Assembly (NCBI GenBank): GCA_963748215.1
Contig: CAVVHS010000006.1
Coordinates: forward strand, 32,001-96,000
DNA: 64,000 nt
Source: an uncultured Gammaproteobacteria bacterium
Lineage (GTDB): Bacteria; Pseudomonadota; Gammaproteobacteria; UBA9214
Direction of reading: 5' to 3'
A program made the translations under genes and the position numbers. Shown in pieces: positions 59,524 through 64,000 of the stretch. Numbering within the stretch: position 1 is the stretch's first letter; every line of letters starts with the position of its first letter. Below the pieces are notes generated by a model. The model made no database searches. It saw only the letters and a list, made by a program, of their open reading frames with translations, and was not told the origin of the DNA.

Positions 59524-59619
59524 GAATGGTATTCGCCGACTGCTGGATTCACAACCGTGCCGCTCCCGGGCCAACCGTCTTCCTGCTCCATCAGCACATG
59601 CTGCAGCGGCCGATGGTTG

Positions 59620-60399
59620 ATGAACGTTCGAGGGGATACTGAGTTGGTTTCCGGATCCGGTACCCATGGGCGTGAATGTGTCAGTGCACGAGCCGTTTTG
59701 CTGGACGCTGCCGGAACCCTGATCAGGCCCCGCGAGCCGGTGAGCGGGACGTATGCTGCGTTGGCCAGGCGCTGTGGCGTGGAACTCGAGGTCAGGAAGC
59801 TTGCACAGGCGTTCGAGACGGTCTTCGGCGATATGCCTGATCTGGCTTTCGAATGGACCTCGATTGATGAGTTGCACTGCCTGGAGCGGGCCTGGTGGCG
59901 ACTGCTGGTGCGCCGTGTGGTCGCCGGGGCCGGCAACTTTACTGGCGATTTCGATAGCTTTTTTGCGGCGCTGTACGAGCACTATGCACAGGGCCATGCC
60001 TGGGAGTGCTACCCCGAGGTGCCGGATGTTCTGGCAGGCCTGCACGCCAGGGACTACAGGCTTGCCGTCGTATCCAATTTCGACTCCCGATTGCCCGGGA
60101 TACTTCGTGCAGTGGGGATCTATGGTTACATGGATGCGGTCGTTTATTCCTCCAGGGCCGGCAGCGCCAAGCCGGATCCTGCTATTTTCAGGCAGGCGCT
60201 CGATGTGCTCGGTATTGCGCCGGAGCACGCGGTCCATGTCGGGGACAATCCGAAGGCCGATGTTGGAGGTGCACTTGCCGCAGGTCTTGCGGCACTGCTG
60301 ATTCGGCGCGGTCATGCGCCTGCGGTTGGTTCCGGGCAGGCGATCAGCAGCCTCGACGAGCTGTTTATCCGGCTCGAAAGTTCGGGTGGCACTATGTAA
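59620..60399 (+). CDS. HAD-IA hydrolase (REG-2-like), start uncertain
   Basis: LLDAAGTL, VVSNFDSRL, KPDPAIF, HVGDNPKADV. Confidence 0.88.
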   Translation: MNVRGDTELVSGSGTHGRECVSARAVLLDAAGTLIRPREPVSGTYAALARRCGVELEVRKLAQAFETVFGDMPDLAFEWTSIDELHCLERAWWRLLVRRVVAGAGNFTGDFDSFFAALYEHYAQGHAWECYPEVPDVLAGLHARDYRLAVVSNFDSRLPGILRAVGIYGYMDAVVYSSRAGSAKPDPAIFRQALDVLGIAPEHAVHVGDNPKADVGGALAAGLAALLIRRGHAPAVGSGQAISSLDELFIRLESSGGTM

Positions 60400-60484
60400 C
60401 CCGGGGACACGGCGGATGTGAAGGGGGATCGCTGTGCAGGGCAATTGCGCATGTCTCTGCTGTGCCGGTGATGAGTAGTGATGC

Positions 60485-61033
60485 CTAGAAATGTGGCTTT
60501 TCGGGTGAATTTTTATACATTTCCATACAGGCAATGATTTCCTGTTTGGCTTCATCAACACCACCCCAGCCTTCTACACGTACCCATTTGCCTTCGTCCA
60601 GGTCCTTGTAGTGTCCGAAGAAATGCGCGATGGCATCGAGAATCGTGGGTGAAAGGTCACGGAAACTCTGCACATCGCGATAGGTCTTGCACAACTTGTC
60701 GGTTGGTACTGCAAGCACTTTGGCATCGTCGCCGGATTCGTCAGTCATCTTCAGCACACCAACCGGACGGCAATGCACCACCGACCCGCTGATCAGCGGT
60801 ACCGGGGTCAACACAAGAACATCCACCGGGTCCCCGTCTTTCGATAACGTGTGGGGAACATAGCCATAGTTACAGGGATAGTGCATCGCCGCAGTCATGA
60901 AGCGGTCCACGAACATGGCACCGGTATCCTTGTCGACTTCGTATTTGACGGGGTCGGAGTGGGTTGGAATTTCGACAATTACATAGAAATCATTCGGGCA
61001 GTCGATGCCGGAACTGACGCGATCAAGATTCAT
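60485..61033 (-). CDS. ppa: Inorganic pyrophosphatase
   Basis: [36 protein letters not shown]. Confidence 0.97.
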   Translation of the reverse strand: MNLDRVSSGIDCPNDFYVIVEIPTHSDPVKYEVDKDTGAMFVDRFMTAAMHYPCNYGYVPHTLSKDGDPVDVLVLTPVPLISGSVVHCRPVGVLKMTDESGDDAKVLAVPTDKLCKTYRDVQSFRDLSPTILDAIAHFFGHYKDLDEGKWVRVEGWGGVDEAKQEIIACMEMYKNSPEKPHF

Positions 61034-61318
61034 TGTAGGCTTACCGTCATTTGAATTCGCCTCTCGTTGTATAGCGTTCCATTGTCCGGAACACCGGGTT
61101 TATTCACCAGAATAATGATGCCAAGGCGGACTTTCTGATCGTCGGTGGCTTCAGTCATGCACGCGCCCGCGAGTTGTTATTCGGTAGTGTCACACGTCAC
61201 CAGCTTGAGCACTCGAATATAGTCACCATTATGGCTCACTGACAGCGCCTGGCAGGCAGTCAGATTTGCAGAAGCAGATGTTTTGCAGGTTGATAAAAGG
61301 TTCGTTTTGCCGGGACTG

Positions 61319-61750
61319 TTACGTCTGCATGTTATCCTTGCCTGAAACCCAGCGCTTGCCGGTCACTGTGTCTTCCTGTTTCCAGAACGGCGCATCGGTC
61401 TTCAGGGTATCGATCATGTATTCACAGGCACGGAATGCGTTTTTGCGGTGCGCACAGGCGGCGGCGACAAACACGATGCGGTCATTCGGTGCAAGCTGGC
61501 CGACGCGGTGAATGATAACGGCATCGATCAGCTCCCAGTGCGTGATGGCATGCGCAGCAATCTCTTCCAGTGCTTTTTCGGTCATGCCCGGGTAATGTTC
61601 CAGGGCAAGCTGCGAGACGGCAGAGCCGTCATTGAGGTCGCGCACCAGGCCGGTGAAGCTTACTAGTGCACCTGCGCGTCCTGCACAGCGCTTGCGCAGC
61701 TGCTCCAGTTCCAGACCGGGGTCGAAATCCGCCTGCTGGACGAGGATCAT
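61319..61750 (-). CDS. moaE: Molybdopterin synthase catalytic subunit
   Basis: GALVSFTGLVR, LEHYPGM, HRVG, LKTDAPFWKQE. Confidence 0.96.
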   Translation of the reverse strand: MILVQQADFDPGLELEQLRKRCAGRAGALVSFTGLVRDLNDGSAVSQLALEHYPGMTEKALEEIAAHAITHWELIDAVIIHRVGQLAPNDRIVFVAAACAHRKNAFRACEYMIDTLKTDAPFWKQEDTVTGKRWVSGKDNMQT

Positions 61751-62002
61751 TCAGCCACCCGTCACCGGCGGGAACCAGGCTATCTCGTCGCCGTCGTGTA
61801 TATGTGTATCCGGTTTGACAACGGACTGGTTGACTGCGGTATGCAGGCGCGGGTCGCCAAGCGCCTCCTGCCAGTCGGCGCCGCGTGTCTGCAGCCAGGC
61901 GTTCAGTTGCGCCACGGTGGTGATGGTGTCCGGGAGTTCCAGCTGTTCCTCACCGGTACCCAGTGCTTCCCGCAAACTCGCAAAATAGCGTAGCTGAACC
62001 AT
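61751..62002 (-). CDS. moaD: Molybdopterin synthase sulfur carrier
   Basis: YFASLRE...AVNQ...PPVTGG C-terminus. Confidence 0.96.
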   Translation of the reverse strand: MVQLRYFASLREALGTGEEQLELPDTITTVAQLNAWLQTRGADWQEALGDPRLHTAVNQSVVKPDTHIHDGDEIAWFPPVTGG

Positions 62003-62012
62003 ATCTTGCCTG

Positions 62013-62996
62013 TTAGCCGCCGGTCTTTGCCATGAAGCGTACCACCTGCTGTGGTTTCTCCAGAAACTCATGACGTTCCGGTTTCAGGCTGATGGCAGCG
62101 CGTACTGCAGCCAGTAATCCGGCGTCATCGATGCCGGCACGCAGCAGCGGGCGAAGCTCGAATTTATGATCCTGGCCGAGGCACAGGTAGAGCGTGCCAT
62201 CGACGGCGAGCCTTACCCGGTTGCAGGTCTCGCAGAAATGCTGCGAGATGGGTGTGATGAAACCGATCCTGAGGCGTGTGCCGGCAATCTGGACATAACG
62301 TGCCGGGCCGCCACCGGGTACGACACCCGGGATCAGCTTGAAATCTTCAGCCAGCCTGGCCTTGACCGTTTGCAGGTCAAGGTAGTGGTCGGTGGCGCTC
62401 CTGCCGGTGTCGCCGATCGGCATGGTCTCGATCAGTCGCAGTGTAAAATCATGTTCGATACAGAATTCGACCATGTCCCTGATCTCATCGTCGTTGATAT
62501 CTTTCATGACGACCATGTTGATCTTGATGGGCTGAAAGCCGGCGTGTTTGGCTGCCATCAGGCCGTCCATGACCTTGTCGAGATTGCCGCGGGTGATTTC
62601 CTTGAAACGGTCGGCGCGCAATGAATCCAGCGAGACATTGATCCGCTTGATGCCTGCCCGGTACAACGCTGCGGCATGCCGTGAGAGCGCCACCGCGTTG
62701 GTGCTCAGGGACAGATCCTCTATACCCGGGATGCGTGAGAGTTGTCCGGTCAGTGTGGCCAGGTCCTTGCGAACCAGCGGCTCACCGCCGGTGATGCGGA
62801 TACGCTGCACACCGAGGGTTGCAAATGCGCGGATAACCCGTTCGATCTCCGCAAACGTCAGCCATTCTTCCGGTTCGCTGAAATCCCGATAATCGCCTGG
62901 CAGGCAGTAGAAACAGCGCAGATCGCAGCGGTCTGTGACAGACAGCCGTACATATTCTATGCTGCGACCAAACGGATCAATCAAGCCAGTGTTCAT
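62013..62996 (-). CDS. moaA: GTP 3',8-cyclase
   Basis: RLSVTDRCDLRCFYC; FCETCNRVRL...LCL; C-terminal GG. Confidence 0.97.
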   Translation of the reverse strand: MNTGLIDPFGRSIEYVRLSVTDRCDLRCFYCLPGDYRDFSEPEEWLTFAEIERVIRAFATLGVQRIRITGGEPLVRKDLATLTGQLSRIPGIEDLSLSTNAVALSRHAAALYRAGIKRINVSLDSLRADRFKEITRGNLDKVMDGLMAAKHAGFQPIKINMVVMKDINDDEIRDMVEFCIEHDFTLRLIETMPIGDTGRSATDHYLDLQTVKARLAEDFKLIPGVVPGGGPARYVQIAGTRLRIGFITPISQHFCETCNRVRLAVDGTLYLCLGQDHKFELRPLLRAGIDDAGLLAAVRAAISLKPERHEFLEKPQQVVRFMAKTGG

Positions 62997-63059
62997 GACC
63001 TATGAGGCTAACCCACCCCCGCTGTTTTATCCAGCATCCAGACACCTAAGTATAGACAA

Positions 63060-63695
63060 TCATTGTCCCGGCAAGGTATTTGTCTGCCCAGCCAGTTTTT
63101 TCTCGATAAGCTGCCGGTCCGAGGGCGTATTCATATTCAGGAAGATATCCGGCGAGGCTGAAAAATCGGCCAGCGCCAGACGCTGCTGTTCATACCAGGT
63201 ATCAATCTTGCGCCCCCCCTCGCTGAGATAGGACAGCAGGCTGGGGAGCAGTTCGCAACGCAGCAGTGCGAAAACGGGTTGCATGCGAATACCGTCATGT
63301 GCAACGCAGATTTCGGCGTCCATCTTTTCCATCTCGTCGCGGAGCGTGACGCACAGGTGTGCCGGGACGAATGGCGAATCGCACGGCACCGCAAGAATCA
63401 ATGGCGTGGCGGCTGCCTGCATACCGGTTGCCATGCCGACCAGCGGGCCGAAAAAGTCACCCATCATATCGGCAATGACGGGATGGCCGAATTCGCGATA
63501 CCGGTCGAGGTTGCGGTTGGCATTGACGATAATATGGCCGGCCTGGGGGCGCAGTCCGGCAATGATATAGTCGAGCAGGGGCCTGCCATCCAGTTCGATC
63601 AGGCCCTTGTCCTTGCCGCCCATGCGACGTGCCTTGCCGCCAGCGAGTATGACTGCAGTGATATCCGGGTCCGGCGTCATGGATTTTACTGGCAT
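63060..63695 (-). CDS. mobA: Molybdenum cofactor guanylyltransferase
   Basis: ILAGGKARRMGGKDKG, GPLVG, VPCDSPF, FLNMNTP. Confidence 0.95.
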   Translation of the reverse strand: MPVKSMTPDPDITAVILAGGKARRMGGKDKGLIELDGRPLLDYIIAGLRPQAGHIIVNANRNLDRYREFGHPVIADMMGDFFGPLVGMATGMQAAATPLILAVPCDSPFVPAHLCVTLRDEMEKMDAEICVAHDGIRMQPVFALLRCELLPSLLSYLSEGGRKIDTWYEQQRLALADFSASPDIFLNMNTPSDRQLIEKKLAGQTNTLPGQ

Positions 63696-63784
63696 GGTAT
63701 GTTCGTCCCTTTCGGTGTCTGCATGTGTTCACCAGAATAGTCAGATAACGATGCCGAAACTGGTGTATTTCCGGAGGTGGAAAA

Positions 63785-63991
63785 ATGAACGAAGACGCCG
63801 TAAACATGGAAATCAGAAAATTCCTCAAGAAGGTTGGTATTACCTCGCAGCGGGAAATCGAGAAGGCATTGCAGGAGGCGGCTGCAGCCGGGAAACTGGA
63901 TGAGCCGCTCTCTCTCAAGGCAACCATGACACTGGAAATCGCCGCGCTTGGGCTGGTGCATGTCACTGACGGTGATATCGCTGTTGAATGA
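63785..63991 (+). CDS. Small conserved protein (DUF6494-like)
   Basis: GGAGG RBS; MNEDAVNMEIRKFLKKVGITSQREIE. Confidence 0.75.
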   Translation: MNEDAVNMEIRKFLKKVGITSQREIEKALQEAAAAGKLDEPLSLKATMTLEIAALGLVHVTDGDIAVE

Positions 63992-64000
63992 CCGTGCTCA

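Noticed and set aside
59002-60564. 520-aa minus-strand ORF
   Set aside because: Overlaps two well-supported plus-strand genes and has no recognisable motifs.
61319-63695. moa/mob cluster as part of the Dms system, or a Moco riboswitch
   Set aside because: It lies about 27 kb from dmsA among housekeeping genes and would serve any Mo-bisPGD enzyme; no riboswitch recognised.

Overview
GC-rich gammaproteobacterial DNA; the DsrE/SoxH-like genes suggest a sulfur oxidiser, but that is inference. Roughly 1-42.4 kb looks like a tandem stack of genomic islands. Four same-orientation relics of the 3' end of tRNA-Pro(GGG) (~9.0, 16.8, 25.6, 42.4 kb), three followed by tyrosine-integrase tails, separate distinct cargo modules: (i) N-ATPase end, DsrE/SoxH-like pair, fasciclin, DsbD/ScsB and redoxin; (ii) glgX(frameshifted)-glgB-glgX; (iii) a GT2/GT-C/flippase glycosylation cassette next to a lipoprotein that carries a cytochrome c on a Thr-rich stalk; (iv) rseA/rpoE relic, a Trx-NHL lipoprotein and a sigma54-type operon with its regulators. 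That operon encodes a small secreted protein, a 450-aa secreted (Gly-Met-X)n protein with about 110 Met, a pentahaem cytochrome c, a Tat-exported DmsA-like molybdoenzyme, DmsB, DmsD and a ferredoxin. A dihaem sensor kinase and an NtrC-family regulator are transcribed divergently. This Met-rich protein plus sulfoxide-reductase operon is the best candidate for an undescribed system. From 42.5 to 54.7 kb there is a mix of gene relics (trxB, SPOR, glgX, trkH, mgtA, arsR), stress and membrane genes, REPs and MITEs. From 55 to 64 kb the content is ordinary (Lrp regulator, fghA, ppa, moaEDA, mobA). No CRISPR array, rRNA or intact tRNA was seen. All assignments come from motif recognition by eye; no searches were run.
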